Shown here: positions 17,418-26,739 of the stretch, piece by piece | Layout of the letters: each line of letters opens with the position of its first letter | Numbering within the stretch: the stretch's first letter is position 1 | Source: Acidimicrobiales bacterium | GTDB lineage: Bacteria > Actinomycetota > Acidimicrobiia > Acidimicrobiales > GCA-2861595 | DNA: 46,013 bases | Assembly (NCBI GenBank): GCA_050744785.1 | Contig: JBOGHQ010000263.1 | Coordinates: 1-46,013 of the forward strand | Direction of reading: 5' to 3' | Position numbers and translations under genes: made by a program | The notes under the pieces: model-generated | The model's input: only the letters and a program-made list of their open reading frames with translations | What the model was told of the DNA's origin: nothing | Databases searched by the model: none

Positions 17418-19205
17418 TCAGATGACCGCCCGCTTCCTCGCGGGTTGGGCCGGCGGCGCCGCCTCGTCGCCCGTGGGCTCGGACGGTGCCGGCCGGCCCA
17501 GCAGCCAGGGCACCAGGCCGCGGCGGTGGGTGGTGGGCGGCGTGTGGTAGTAGGTGGAGTACCCGGTGTCCGCCTCGGGAGCCCCGATGAGCACCACGCC
17601 GGTGACCGTGGCCCCGACGCGGGTGAGGAGCTCACGGGCGCGGGCGGCGTCCTCCTTGGTGGTGTGGCCGCTCCGGCACGCCACCAGCACGGTGTCGGCC
17701 GCGGGTATGAGCTCGGTGGCCTCGTGGGCGACGAGGAGAGGGGCGGTGTCGATGAGCACGACGTCGGCCATCCGCCGGGCGTCGGCCACGAGCCGGCGGC
17801 CGTCGGCGGCCACCTCGCCGAAGTTATCGAGAGGGGAGCCGTTGGTGGCGATGCGCACCCCGGTGACGATCGAGTCCTTCACCACGTCCGCCAACTTCGG
17901 CGCGTCTGGTCCGCCGTCCAGGACCTCGGTGATCCCCCACGCCTGGCGCACCCCCAGGAACTCGTGGATCGAGGGACGACGAAAGTCGCAGCTCAGCACG
18001 AGCACCGAGCGCCCCGTCTCGGCGAAGCTGGCCGCCAGGTTGGCGACCGTGGACGTCTTGCCCTCGCTCGGAGCGGCCGACGTCACCAGCACGACATGCG
18101 GTACGCCGGGACGCTCGGCGACGTCTCCGTTGGCCATCCGGGGGGCGGAGCGGGCGCCGGTGGGGCCGAGGATGCTCTCCACCGCCACGCCACCGGCGCC
18201 TGCGCCACCGTTCCCCTTGGGCTCCCGGCCGGCGCCCTCCCCGAGGACGTTGCTGGGCATGAGCAGCAGGGCGGCGCGCAGGGCGCGGTACGACTCGGCC
18301 ACGCCCGACGACGGCTCGGTGACGGTGAGGATGTCGGTGCGACGGCGCCTGGCCGAGAACGGGACCTCGGCGACGACGGGCAGGCGGTAGGCGCGCTCGG
18401 CCACCGCCCGCAGGTTGATGCGGGGGTCGACCCGCTCCACGACGAAGACGATGAGCGCCCCGAACAGGATCCCGAGGATGGCGGCGCCGGCGGCGCGCGC
18501 CGGACGGCTGGCGGGCACACCGAAGCCGGCACCCTTGGGGGTGGCCAGGTCAGGGGAGGCCGCCTCCAAAGTGACGAAGCCCGCCGTGGGCGGGGCCAGA
18601 TCGGCCTGCTTCTGCTGCAGCTCCAGATCGGAGGTGTAGAGCCGGAGCTCGGCGTCACGCTGGGCGTCGATGAGCGCCGGGGACCGGCCGGCCGCCTCGG
18701 CCGCGTTGCTCTGGCGCTCCAGGTCCTCGATCGTGGCCTGACGCTTGGTGATGCGGGCCAGCAGCTCGGTGTTGGTCTTCTCCCGGGCCTCCTGCGCCCT
18801 CTCGCCCAGGTAGGCCAGCGTCTCCTCGGCGAAGGCGTTGGCCAGCTCGCTGGCAGCCTCACGGCCGTTGGCGGTGGCCTTCACCGAGACGATGCCCAGC
18901 GTGTCGTCCGGCTCGACGGTGAGCGTCCGCGCCAGGAGGACGGGCTCCCGGGTGAACCCGACCTTGCGGGCGACCCGTCTCGGGACCTCGCCGCTCTTCA
19001 CCAGCAGGGCGACGGTGGCCAGGGCCTGCGGCGCCGAGGCGGTGTCCGAGTCCCGGATGAGGGTGTGCTCGGCCACGAACTCGGGGAGCCGCTCGGCCGG
19101 CGACGAGGGCGTGACGACCCACACCGCCACCGCGGAGACGAGGCAGCACGCCGCCACCACCCGCCAACGACGGCGGATCAGCCTCGCGTACTCGACAGGC
19201 TCCAT
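17418..19205 (-). CDS. Polysaccharide co-polymerase (Wzz-like) fused to a BY-type tyrosine autokinase
   Basis: ATG at 19205, preceded by GGAGAG, gives 595 aa (MEPVEYARLIRRRWRVV...). Architecture is TM1, a coiled-coil periplasmic region, TM2, then a P-loop domain with Walker A (SEGKTST), Walker A' (VLVLSCDFRRP) and Walker B (VVLIDTAP). A Tyr-rich segment (GYSTYYH) lies near the C-terminus. Confidence 0.85.
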   Translation of the reverse strand: MEPVEYARLIRRRWRVVAACCLVSAVAVWVVTPSSPAERLPEFVAEHTLIRDSDTASAPQALATVALLVKSGEVPRRVARKVGFTREPVLLARTLTVEPDDTLGIVSVKATANGREAASELANAFAEETLAYLGERAQEAREKTNTELLARITKRQATIEDLERQSNAAEAAGRSPALIDAQRDAELRLYTSDLELQQKQADLAPPTAGFVTLEAASPDLATPKGAGFGVPASRPARAAGAAILGILFGALIVFVVERVDPRINLRAVAERAYRLPVVAEVPFSARRRRTDILTVTEPSSGVAESYRALRAALLLMPSNVLGEGAGREPKGNGGAGAGGVAVESILGPTGARSAPRMANGDVAERPGVPHVVLVTSAAPSEGKTSTVANLAASFAETGRSVLVLSCDFRRPSIHEFLGVRQAWGITEVLDGGPDAPKLADVVKDSIVTGVRIATNGSPLDNFGEVAADGRRLVADARRMADVVLIDTAPLLVAHEATELIPAADTVLVACRSGHTTKEDAARARELLTRVGATVTGVVLIGAPEADTGYSTYYHTPPTTHRRGLVPWLLGRPAPSEPTGDEAAPPAQPARKRAVI

Positions 19206-19403
19206 CTGGCTCTCCGGCTCGAACGGCGGCTGCAGCGGTGAACCGCCGTCCTGTCTCCCTGCAGGTGCGGGACACGCGACGGCGGCCCCACCATCCAAAT
19301 CGGCATCCGGGGCACGCCACGTGAGCGGCACCAGCGCAGCGCCATCGTACCGTCGCGCGGCCGCAGCGCCTCGCCACCCGCCCACCGTCGCCCCGGCACC
19401 GGC

Positions 19404-20579
19404 TCAGGTTAGGGCCTGGCGGACGGAGGCCCCGGCGGCGTGGATGCGGGTCACGGCGCCGGCCACGGCCGAGACCTGCTGGGCCGTCATGTGCGACCAC
19501 AGCGGAAGCGTCATCACCCGCCTCGAGAGCTCCTCGGTGACCGGCAGCTGCCGTCGCTGCGGCCAGCGCCCGGCGTAGGCCTTCTGCAGGTGGATCGGCG
19601 GGTGGTAGTACCGGCGGGAATCCACGCCTTCGGCCCGCAGCGCCCGCGCCAGCTGGAGGGCGGTGAGGCCGAACGCGCTCGGGTCCACGATCACGGTGAG
19701 GTCCTTGTAGGTAGAGGTGTCGCCCTCGCCCACCGCCGCCGGCGCCAGTCCCGGCAGCCCGGCCGTCTCCGACGCGAAGCGCCGGACGAGCTCGCCGCGG
19801 TGCACGACGCGCTCCGCCAGTCCCTCCAGGGAGGCGAGCGCCACGGCCGCGTGCAGCTCCGACATCCGGGCGTTGAGACCGGGGAACCGGCAGTCGTAGT
19901 CGCCGCCGTTCCCGTAGTCGCGCCCGAGCCGGCACGCCTCGGCCAGGCCGGCGTCGCCCGTCGCGACGAGTCCGCCCTCGCCCCCGACCACCACCTTGGT
20001 CGGGCTCAGGCTGAAGACCTCGGCCATCCCGAACCGGCCCACGGGGATTCCGCCCCGCTTGCTCCCCAGGGCGTGGGCGGCGTCGTAGACGAGCGGGATG
20101 CCGGCACCGTCGGCCAGGACCTGGAGCCGCTCCACGTCGCACGGCGTGCCGTACACGTGGGTGGCGGTCATGGCGGAGGCGCCGTCCACCAGCCCGGCCG
20201 CGTCGACCGGGTCCAGTGTGCAGGTGGTGGGCTCGACCTCGGCGAAGTCGGGCGACCCGCCTGCCCACACCACGGCGTGGGCGCTGGCGGCGAAGGTGAA
20301 GCTGGGCATGACCACTCGCCCGGTGGCGCCGAGGGCCTGGAGGACGAGCATGAGGCCCGACGTGCAGCTGGACACCCCGACGACGTGGGCGGCGCCGGTC
20401 TCGGCCGCCACCCGCTCCTCCAGCTCGGCGACGGTGGGCCCGTTGGTGAGGCGGCCGCTGTCGAGGATCGTCCGTAGTCGATCGGCCAGGGCGGGGGTGT
20501 CGGGCAGGAAGGGCCGGACGAGGGGAAGCCCATCCGGGAACGCCTTCGGCCCGCCCAGCACTGCGGGCGGCAGGCTCAC
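19404..20579 (-). CDS. DegT/DnrJ/EryC1/StrS-family PLP-dependent sugar aminotransferase (PglE/WbpE-like)
   Basis: About 391 aa from GTG 20579; ATG 20636 is the alternative but would overlap the upstream gene by 41 nt. Family pattern: LRTILDSGRLTNGPTVAELE, MPSFTFAASAHAV, DAAHALG, and FSLSPTK with the PLP lysine. Confidence 0.85.
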   Translation of the reverse strand: MSLPPAVLGGPKAFPDGLPLVRPFLPDTPALADRLRTILDSGRLTNGPTVAELEERVAAETGAAHVVGVSSCTSGLMLVLQALGATGRVVMPSFTFAASAHAVVWAGGSPDFAEVEPTTCTLDPVDAAGLVDGASAMTATHVYGTPCDVERLQVLADGAGIPLVYDAAHALGSKRGGIPVGRFGMAEVFSLSPTKVVVGGEGGLVATGDAGLAEACRLGRDYGNGGDYDCRFPGLNARMSELHAAVALASLEGLAERVVHRGELVRRFASETAGLPGLAPAAVGEGDTSTYKDLTVIVDPSAFGLTALQLARALRAEGVDSRRYYHPPIHLQKAYAGRWPQRRQLPVTEELSRRVMTLPLWSHMTAQQVSAVAGAVTRIHAAGASVRQALT

Positions 20580-20595
20580 GGCCGGCGGCGCTCCC

Positions 20596-22503
20596 TCACC
20601 AGCTGAGCACGCCCGTGTCGGGCCGGCCGGGGACATCGCCCGCCCGGTCCAGCGGTACACGGGCTTCGGCCAGGGCGAACATGAGGGTCCGCACCTCCTC
20701 GGAACGACGCCTGGACGCGAAGGCCTCCAGCTCCACCAGGCCCCTGCGGAGCAGGGACCGAGGCGTGGGAAGGGGCAGCACCCGCGTGATGGAGGGATGG
20801 ATGGTGGGATAGGCCTCCTCGTCGCAGTCCCGGAGCTCCTCCACCAGCTTCTCGCCCGGGCGCATGCCGGTGACCTGGATCTCGATGTCGGTGCCGACCT
20901 CGCGGCCCGACAGGCGGATCATGCGCTCGGCCAGGTCGAGGATGCGCACCGGCTCGCCCATGTCGAGCATGAACAGCTCCCCGCCCTGGGCCATGGCGGC
21001 GGACTGGAGAACCAGCTGGACCGCTTCCTCGATGCTCATGAAGAACCGGGTCATGGCCGGGTCGGTGACGGTGACCGGGCCGCCGGCCGCGATCTGGCGC
21101 ATGAAGGTGGGCACCACGCTGCCCCGGCTGCCGAGCACGTTGCCGAAACGCACGGCGCAGTGACGGGCGCCCACGGGAGCGCAGCTGAGAACGAGCTGCT
21201 CACCCAGGCGCTTGGAGGCCCCCATGACGCTCGAGGGCACGACCGCCTTGTCGGTGGAGATGAAGACCAGGCGCTCCACGCCCGCCTGCTCCGCCGCCTC
21301 CAGGACGGTGGCCGTGCCGAGGACGTTGGTGGAGGCGGCCTCGCACGGGTAGGCCTCGAGCAACGGCACGTGCTTGTGGGCAGCGGCGTGAAAGACGATC
21401 TCGGGGCGATGGAGGGAGAACAGGTGCGTCATCAGGTCGCGATCGCGGATGTCGGCCAGCACCTGCACCGTCTCCCGGCTGATGGAGGTGGCGGCGTCGT
21501 GCAGATGGGTCTCGTCGTGGTCGACGAGCACGAGGGCGACCGGGTCGCAGGCCGCCACCTGACGGGAGATCTCCGATCCGATGGACCCACCGGCGCCCGT
21601 GACGAGCACCCGCCTGCCCTCGAGGAGGGCCCGCACGCCGTCGAGGTCGGTGACGACCTCCTTGCGACCGAGCAGGTCCTCGATGCGCAGGTCACGGACG
21701 TCGCTGATGGAGACGCGGTTGCCGACGGTGCTGGCCATGCCCGGCACGATCCGGAGGGCGATGCCGGCCTGCTCCGCGGCGCCGGCCGCCTGTCGCACCA
21801 GGGCCTGGTCGACCGAGCTCATCGCCAGCACGGCCTGATGGGCCGACGTCCGCTCAGCCACGCGGGGAAGCTCGGCCATGCCGCCCTCGATCCGAAGTCC
21901 CATGAAGGAGCGGCCGTGGCGGCGCGGGTCCTCGTCCAGGACGGCCACGGGAACCAGCCCGGCCCGGGGGCTGCGCAGCATCTCCCGTACCAGGGCGGCG
22001 CCGGCGTCACCGGCGCCGATCACGACCACCCGCAGGCCCGGCTGATCGCTCGAGCGGCGCTGGAACGAGAAGAGCCGGGACTGGAACCGGAGGGCGCCGG
22101 TCAGGAAGGTCCCCAGCACCACGCCGAGGATGATCACCGAGTAGGGCACCCGGCGACCAACGAGGATCTCGACCGTGGCCAGGGTCATCAGGGTGACGAG
22201 GCCGCTGGCCAGGAGACGGCGGGCCTCCTGGATGCTGGCATGTCGCCACAACTGACCGTAGAGACCCCACGCCCAGTTGCTGAGCAGGCTCAACATCACG
22301 CCAAGGGGGAGGAACTCCCAGAAGAGGTCCCAGTGGTGTTCCGGGACCTTGCCGTCAAACCGGAGGATCAGCACCGCGGCGAAGGCGGCGGTGACCAGCG
22401 CGGCGTCGAGCACGGCCAACAGGAGGTCGCTGCGGACCCTGGCCGCCCTCCTCGCCAATCTGGTCCAGAGCGGACTCCTCCCCGCCCCCCCTTGCTGTGC
22501 CAC
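20596..22503 (-). CDS. Membrane-bound NDP-sugar 4,6-dehydratase of the CapD/WbpM/PglF family
   Basis: 635 aa. Four N-terminal TM helices, then two Rossmann-type segments (VVIGAGDAG and VLVTGAGGSIGSEI). It has the typical CapD core (FHAAAHKHVP, STDKAV.P.S.MGASKR). Confidence 0.9.
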   Translation of the reverse strand: MAQQGGAGRSPLWTRLARRAARVRSDLLLAVLDAALVTAAFAAVLILRFDGKVPEHHWDLFWEFLPLGVMLSLLSNWAWGLYGQLWRHASIQEARRLLASGLVTLMTLATVEILVGRRVPYSVIILGVVLGTFLTGALRFQSRLFSFQRRSSDQPGLRVVVIGAGDAGAALVREMLRSPRAGLVPVAVLDEDPRRHGRSFMGLRIEGGMAELPRVAERTSAHQAVLAMSSVDQALVRQAAGAAEQAGIALRIVPGMASTVGNRVSISDVRDLRIEDLLGRKEVVTDLDGVRALLEGRRVLVTGAGGSIGSEISRQVAACDPVALVLVDHDETHLHDAATSISRETVQVLADIRDRDLMTHLFSLHRPEIVFHAAAHKHVPLLEAYPCEAASTNVLGTATVLEAAEQAGVERLVFISTDKAVVPSSVMGASKRLGEQLVLSCAPVGARHCAVRFGNVLGSRGSVVPTFMRQIAAGGPVTVTDPAMTRFFMSIEEAVQLVLQSAAMAQGGELFMLDMGEPVRILDLAERMIRLSGREVGTDIEIQVTGMRPGEKLVEELRDCDEEAYPTIHPSITRVLPLPTPRSLLRRGLVELEAFASRRRSEEVRTLMFALAEARVPLDRAGDVPGRPDTGVLSW

Positions 22504-22687
22504 CCCGGCCGCCCCTCGTTCTCACTGCTGCAACAGTCACAGGTTGACTAGCTCACTGCGCCAGCCCCGAGCCGATACGGTGACTATACCACCACTATCT
22601 GTGGGCTCTAGGGGCAATATGTCGGGTTTCACACAAGTAAAGGAGACCAGTGGGCACATTCTCACCCGTTTGCCCGGCGGGTGGATC
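22504..22687 (-). promoter_or_regulatory. The most visibly AT-enriched intergenic region seen in the window: candidate promoter and 5' leader of the capD-like operon
   Basis: On the minus strand there is an extended -10-like TGGTATAGT (forward 22583-22591) about 80 nt upstream of the GTG start. The presumed leader carries two copies of CTCACTGC (22521-22528 and 22552-22559) flanking a small inverted repeat, AGTCA (22535-22539) and TGACT (22545-22549). No convincing -35 element. Confidence 0.3.
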
Positions 22688-23812
22688 TCACCCCTCCAGA
22701 AGGCGGCGGTAGAGGCACTCGGTCGTGCTCACCGACCTATGGATGTCGTACCTGTCACCGGCCGCCCGGGCGCCCTGAGCCAATCGTCTCCGCTCGTCGG
22801 GGTCGCCCACGAGGCGGGCCAGCGCGTCGGCCAGCAGGTCGGGCCGCCCCGGTGCCACCAGCACGCCGGCCGACGGCTCCACCGCCTCCGCCACCCCGCC
22901 CACGGCCGTAGCGACGACCGGCAGCCCGGCGACCAGCGCCTCCATCACCGCCAGCGGGTACCCCTCGTACGTCGAGGCGAGGGTGAACAGGTCGGCGGCC
23001 GCCAGCAGTCGCGGCACGTCGTCGCGCTGGCCGAGCAGCAGGAGCGCGGGACCGAGCCCGAGCTGGCGGTGGCGGGCCCGCACCTGCGCCTCGAGCGGCC
23101 CCTGGCCGACGGCCAGGAAGCGAACCGGCAGGCCACGGTCGACCAGGAGCCGGGCGGCCAGCAACAGGTCGGGCCACGCCTTCTGCTCGCGGTAGTTCGC
23201 CACGGTGAGCACGACGACCTCGCCCGGCGCCAGCCCGAGCTCCTCTCGCGCCGCCTCCCGCTCGCCCGCGGCGCCCCGCACCGCGGCCAGGTCGATGCCA
23301 TGGACCTCCACCGCCGTCCGGGCGCGGGTACGGCGCCACCACATCGACGCCCGGGTCTGCTCGGAGACGGCCAGCGTCGCGTCGTCGAGAGGTGACGTGA
23401 TGGCGTTGAGGAGGCGGGTGGGCAGTGCGAACGTCGACCATGCGTTGTGCTCGGTGGTCACGATCCGCGGTCGTCTTGAGCGAGGGAGGGTGTGGGCAAC
23501 GAGCCGGGTGACACTGGCGACCAGGGGCGAGTGGGCGTGGACGACGGCGAAGCGGCCGGAGGCGAGAAGGGCCCGCAGGCGGGACGGCCACCTGAGGCGG
23601 TGGCCGCCGGCCCCGAGGCAGGTGACCGGGACGCCGAGCGCCACCAGGTCGGCCACCAACGCGTCCTTCCAGGGCAGCACGTACGCTGCCTCGATGGCGA
23701 ACGCCGCCCGGTCGTGCACCCGAGCGGCGGCCACCAGCAGCCGCTCGGCCCCGCCGAGACCGAGACCCTTCACCAGCCACAGGACCGGCACGGGCGCTTC
23801 CGCCGCCTCCAT
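22688..23812 (-). CDS. GT4-family glycosyltransferase (Glycos_transf_1 type)
   Basis: 374 aa. The N-terminus is VLWLVKGLGLGGAERLL. The C-terminal domain has the ...ASTYEGYPLAVMEALVAGLPVVAT... E(x7)E-type motif. Confidence 0.85.
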   Translation of the reverse strand: MEAAEAPVPVLWLVKGLGLGGAERLLVAAARVHDRAAFAIEAAYVLPWKDALVADLVALGVPVTCLGAGGHRLRWPSRLRALLASGRFAVVHAHSPLVASVTRLVAHTLPRSRRPRIVTTEHNAWSTFALPTRLLNAITSPLDDATLAVSEQTRASMWWRRTRARTAVEVHGIDLAAVRGAAGEREAAREELGLAPGEVVVLTVANYREQKAWPDLLLAARLLVDRGLPVRFLAVGQGPLEAQVRARHRQLGLGPALLLLGQRDDVPRLLAAADLFTLASTYEGYPLAVMEALVAGLPVVATAVGGVAEAVEPSAGVLVAPGRPDLLADALARLVGDPDERRRLAQGARAAGDRYDIHRSVSTTECLYRRLLEG

Positions 23813-23830
23813 GGGGGCCTGACCCTACCG

Positions 23831-25774
23831 GTGTGCGGCATCGCCGGACTGCTCGACCCGAACGCGTCGACGGGCACCGCGACCCTGCACTCCCGGGCGC
23901 AGGCGATGGGACGCACGCTGCGCCACCGCGGCCCGGACGACGAGGGGGTGTGGGTCGACGAGGAGGCGGGCGTCGCCCTCGCCAGCCGCCGCCTGGCCAT
24001 CGTGGACCTGTCAGCGGCCGGCCACCAGCCCATGGTGTCGGGCAGCGGGCGCTTCGTCCTGGTGTTCAACGGCGAGGTGTACGACCACCGGCAGCTGCGG
24101 GCGCGCCTCGAGGCGACGGGCGTCCGTTTCTGCGGCCACTCCGACACCGAGGTGCTCCTGGCCGCCATCGAGGCTTGGGGGCTGCGGACGGCGCTGGAGC
24201 GCAGCAACGCCATGTTCGCCCTCGCCCTCTGGGACCGCCGTGAGCGAAGGCTCACGCTGGCCCGGGACCGTCTGGGCGAGAAGCCCCTCTATCACGGGTG
24301 GGCAGGTGGCGACGTGGTGTTCGGTTCGGAGCTGAAGGCCCTCTCTGCCCATGGCGGCTTCTGCGCCGACATCGACCGCGACAGTCTGGCCGCGTACCTG
24401 CGCTACAGCTTCGTGCCCCATCCCCGCACGATCTACCGGGGCGTGGCGACGCTCCCGCCCGGGTCGATGACGACGTTCGGGCCGGGCATGCCTCCTGGGA
24501 CCTTGCCCGAGGTCCACACCTGGTGGGCCCTCGGTGACACGGTGGCGGCGGGGGCGGGTGCCCGCCTGGGCGCTGTCCCGGGCGACGCGGTCGACCAGCT
24601 CGACGAGTTGCTCGGGGACGCCGTCGCCCTGCGCCTCGAAGCGGATGTCCCGGTGGGAGCGTTCCTGTCGGGAGGCATCGACTCATCGACGGTCGTGGGG
24701 CTGGCCCAGGCCAGAGGGCACGGGCGCGTCCGGACGTTCACCGTGGCCATGCCCGACGTGGGGTTCGACGAGGCGTCCGACGCCCGGGAGGTGGCCCGCC
24801 ACCTCGGCACCGAACACACCGAGATCGCCCTCTCGGCCGTCGACGCCCTGGCCGTGGTGCCCCGTCTTGCGACGATCTATGACGAGCCGTTGGGCGACCC
24901 GTCGGCCCTGCCCACCGTTCTGGTCTCGGAGGCGGCCAGCACCTTCGCGACCGTGTGCCTGTCGGGCGACGGGGGCGACGAGGTGTTCGGGGGGTACAAC
25001 CGCCACGTCCTCGGGCCCCGCCTCTGGCGCCGGCTGGGCCCGCTGCCGCGCCCAGCCCGCTCGGCCCTGTCGGCCGGCGTGCTGCACGTCCCGGCCGGGT
25101 GGTGGGACGCGGCCGGACGGGCCCTTCCGCGCCGGCTGCGGGTGAGGAACCCGGGGGACAAGGCGGCCAAGCTCGCCCGGCTGCTGGCGTGCCGGGACGC
25201 CGCGGCGCTCTACCTGGGCCTGGTCAGCCAGTGGGACGATCCGGCTGGCGTCGTCCTGAGGTCCACCGAACCGCCGACCGTCGCCACCCGGCCGGAGAGC
25301 TGGCCCCCCCTGCACGGCACCTTGGAGGAGTTCCTCTGGCTCGACACCGCCATGGTGCTCCCTGACAACATGCTGGCCAAGGTCGACCGGGCCAGCATGG
25401 CGGCCAGCCTGGAGCTGCGGGTCCCCCTGCTCGACCACCGCCTCGTCGAGTGGGCCTGGCGCCTCCCCACCGCCTCCAAGGTGCATGAGGGCAAGGGCAA
25501 ATGGCTGCTCCGCCGGGTGCTCGACCGCTACGTGCCCGCCCCGCTGGTCGATCGCCCCAAGATGGGGTTCGATCCGCCGCTCGGGACCTGGCTCCGTGGA
25601 CCCCTCCGCCCGTGGGCGGAGGAGCTCCTCGCCGCGGCGCGACTCGCCCGCGACGGTTGGTTCGAGACGGGCCAGGTGCGGGCCAGATGGACCGAGCACC
25701 TGAGCGGCCGACGCAACCACGACTACGAGCTGTGGTCGGTGCTCATGTTCCAGTCGTGGCTGGACGCAAGGTGA
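23831..25774 (+). CDS. asnB: Glutamine-hydrolysing asparagine synthase-family amidotransferase (AsnB-like) with an intact N-terminal Cys nucleophile
   Basis: GTG at 23831 gives 647 aa starting (M)CGIAGLLDP... The Ntn glutaminase domain has LAIVDLS and FNGEVYD. The synthetase domain has the PP-loop SGGIDSS. It lies 18 nt from the divergent GT4 gene. Confidence 0.9.
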   Translation: MCGIAGLLDPNASTGTATLHSRAQAMGRTLRHRGPDDEGVWVDEEAGVALASRRLAIVDLSAAGHQPMVSGSGRFVLVFNGEVYDHRQLRARLEATGVRFCGHSDTEVLLAAIEAWGLRTALERSNAMFALALWDRRERRLTLARDRLGEKPLYHGWAGGDVVFGSELKALSAHGGFCADIDRDSLAAYLRYSFVPHPRTIYRGVATLPPGSMTTFGPGMPPGTLPEVHTWWALGDTVAAGAGARLGAVPGDAVDQLDELLGDAVALRLEADVPVGAFLSGGIDSSTVVGLAQARGHGRVRTFTVAMPDVGFDEASDAREVARHLGTEHTEIALSAVDALAVVPRLATIYDEPLGDPSALPTVLVSEAASTFATVCLSGDGGDEVFGGYNRHVLGPRLWRRLGPLPRPARSALSAGVLHVPAGWWDAAGRALPRRLRVRNPGDKAAKLARLLACRDAAALYLGLVSQWDDPAGVVLRSTEPPTVATRPESWPPLHGTLEEFLWLDTAMVLPDNMLAKVDRASMAASLELRVPLLDHRLVEWAWRLPTASKVHEGKGKWLLRRVLDRYVPAPLVDRPKMGFDPPLGTWLRGPLRPWAEELLAAARLARDGWFETGQVRARWTEHLSGRRNHDYELWSVLMFQSWLDAR

Positions 25775-26739
25775 GCTTCACGATCACCGAGCTCCGGCCT
25801 TCCGACGAGCCACAGGTGCTCGAGCTGCTCTGCCTCTCACTCGGATGGGCGCGCGACGACCACCACGCGGCGTTCTTCGAGTGGAAGCACCGGCGAAACC
25901 CCTTCGGGCCGTCGCTGGCGTGGGTGGCGAGGAGCGAGGGGCGCGTCATCGGGCTGCGAATGTTCATGCGATGGGAGTTCGAGCGGCGCGGCAGGACCAT
26001 CCGGGCGGTGCGGGCGGTGGACACGGCGACCCATCCGGACCACCGCGGGACAGGAGTCTTCTCGAGGTTGACCGCCCACGGCCTCGACGCCGTCCGGGAG
26101 GCTGGGGTCAGCTTCGTGTTTAACACCCCGAACCGGCAGAGTCGCCCCGGGTACCTGAAGCTGGGCTGGCGGCCGGTCGGACGGGTCCGGCTCCGGATGC
26201 GTCTCGGTACGATCTCCGGCTTGTCCAGGGTGGTCAAGGCCCGGACGGCCGCAGACCTCTGGTCACTGCCCACCACCGCGGGGCAACCCGCCGGCCGTGC
26301 GCTGGCCGATCGGCCGGCGTTGACGTCGCTCCTCGAGTCCCAACCTCGATCCGGGGCGATCTCGACCCGGCGCACGGTCGACTTCTTGAGGTGGCGGTAC
26401 GCCGGGTTCCCGCCCCTGGAGTACCGGGCCTCGTTCGGGGAGGGCGGTCCAGCGGACGGGCTCGCGCTCTTCCGCCTTCGTCGCCGTGGGCCTGCCGTGG
26501 AGGCGACGATCGGCGACGTGCTGGCGCCCGGCGGCGACCGCAGGCGCGAGGCGGCTCTGGCCCGGGCGGTGCTCCGGGAGTCGGGCGCGGACTACGCGGT
26601 CCTCTCCGCCACCGGCTGGCGGAGCGGTTTGCCCGTGCTGGGCCATGGGCCGGAGCTCTCCTGGTACGGGATGGCGGGGGGAGATCCACCGCCCGTCGGC
26701 GCCTGGAGTCTGAGCCTGGGTGACATCGAGCTCTTCTAG
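25771..26739 (+). CDS. GNAT-family N-acetyltransferase with a C-terminal extension
   Basis: GTG at 25771 overlaps the asnB stop (GTGA) and gives 322 aa. The acetyl-CoA binding-type segment is AVDTATHPDHRGTGVFSRLTAHGL (R/Q-x-x-G-x-G/A). Confidence 0.75.
   Translation: MSFTITELRPSDEPQVLELLCLSLGWARDDHHAAFFEWKHRRNPFGPSLAWVARSEGRVIGLRMFMRWEFERRGRTIRAVRAVDTATHPDHRGTGVFSRLTAHGLDAVREAGVSFVFNTPNRQSRPGYLKLGWRPVGRVRLRMRLGTISGLSRVVKARTAADLWSLPTTAGQPAGRALADRPALTSLLESQPRSGAISTRRTVDFLRWRYAGFPPLEYRASFGEGGPADGLALFRLRRRGPAVEATIGDVLAPGGDRRREAALARAVLRESGADYAVLSATGWRSGLPVLGHGPELSWYGMAGGDPPPVGAWSLSLGDIELF

Noticed and set aside
22650-22712. 20-codon plus-strand mini-ORF (GTG) preceded by a strong AAGGAG in the AT-enriched spacer
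   Set aside because: It would run antisense into the 3' end of the GT4 gene, has no coding bias, and its translation ends in RRRR. The Shine-Dalgarno-like hexamer is probably fortuitous in an AT-richer spacer.
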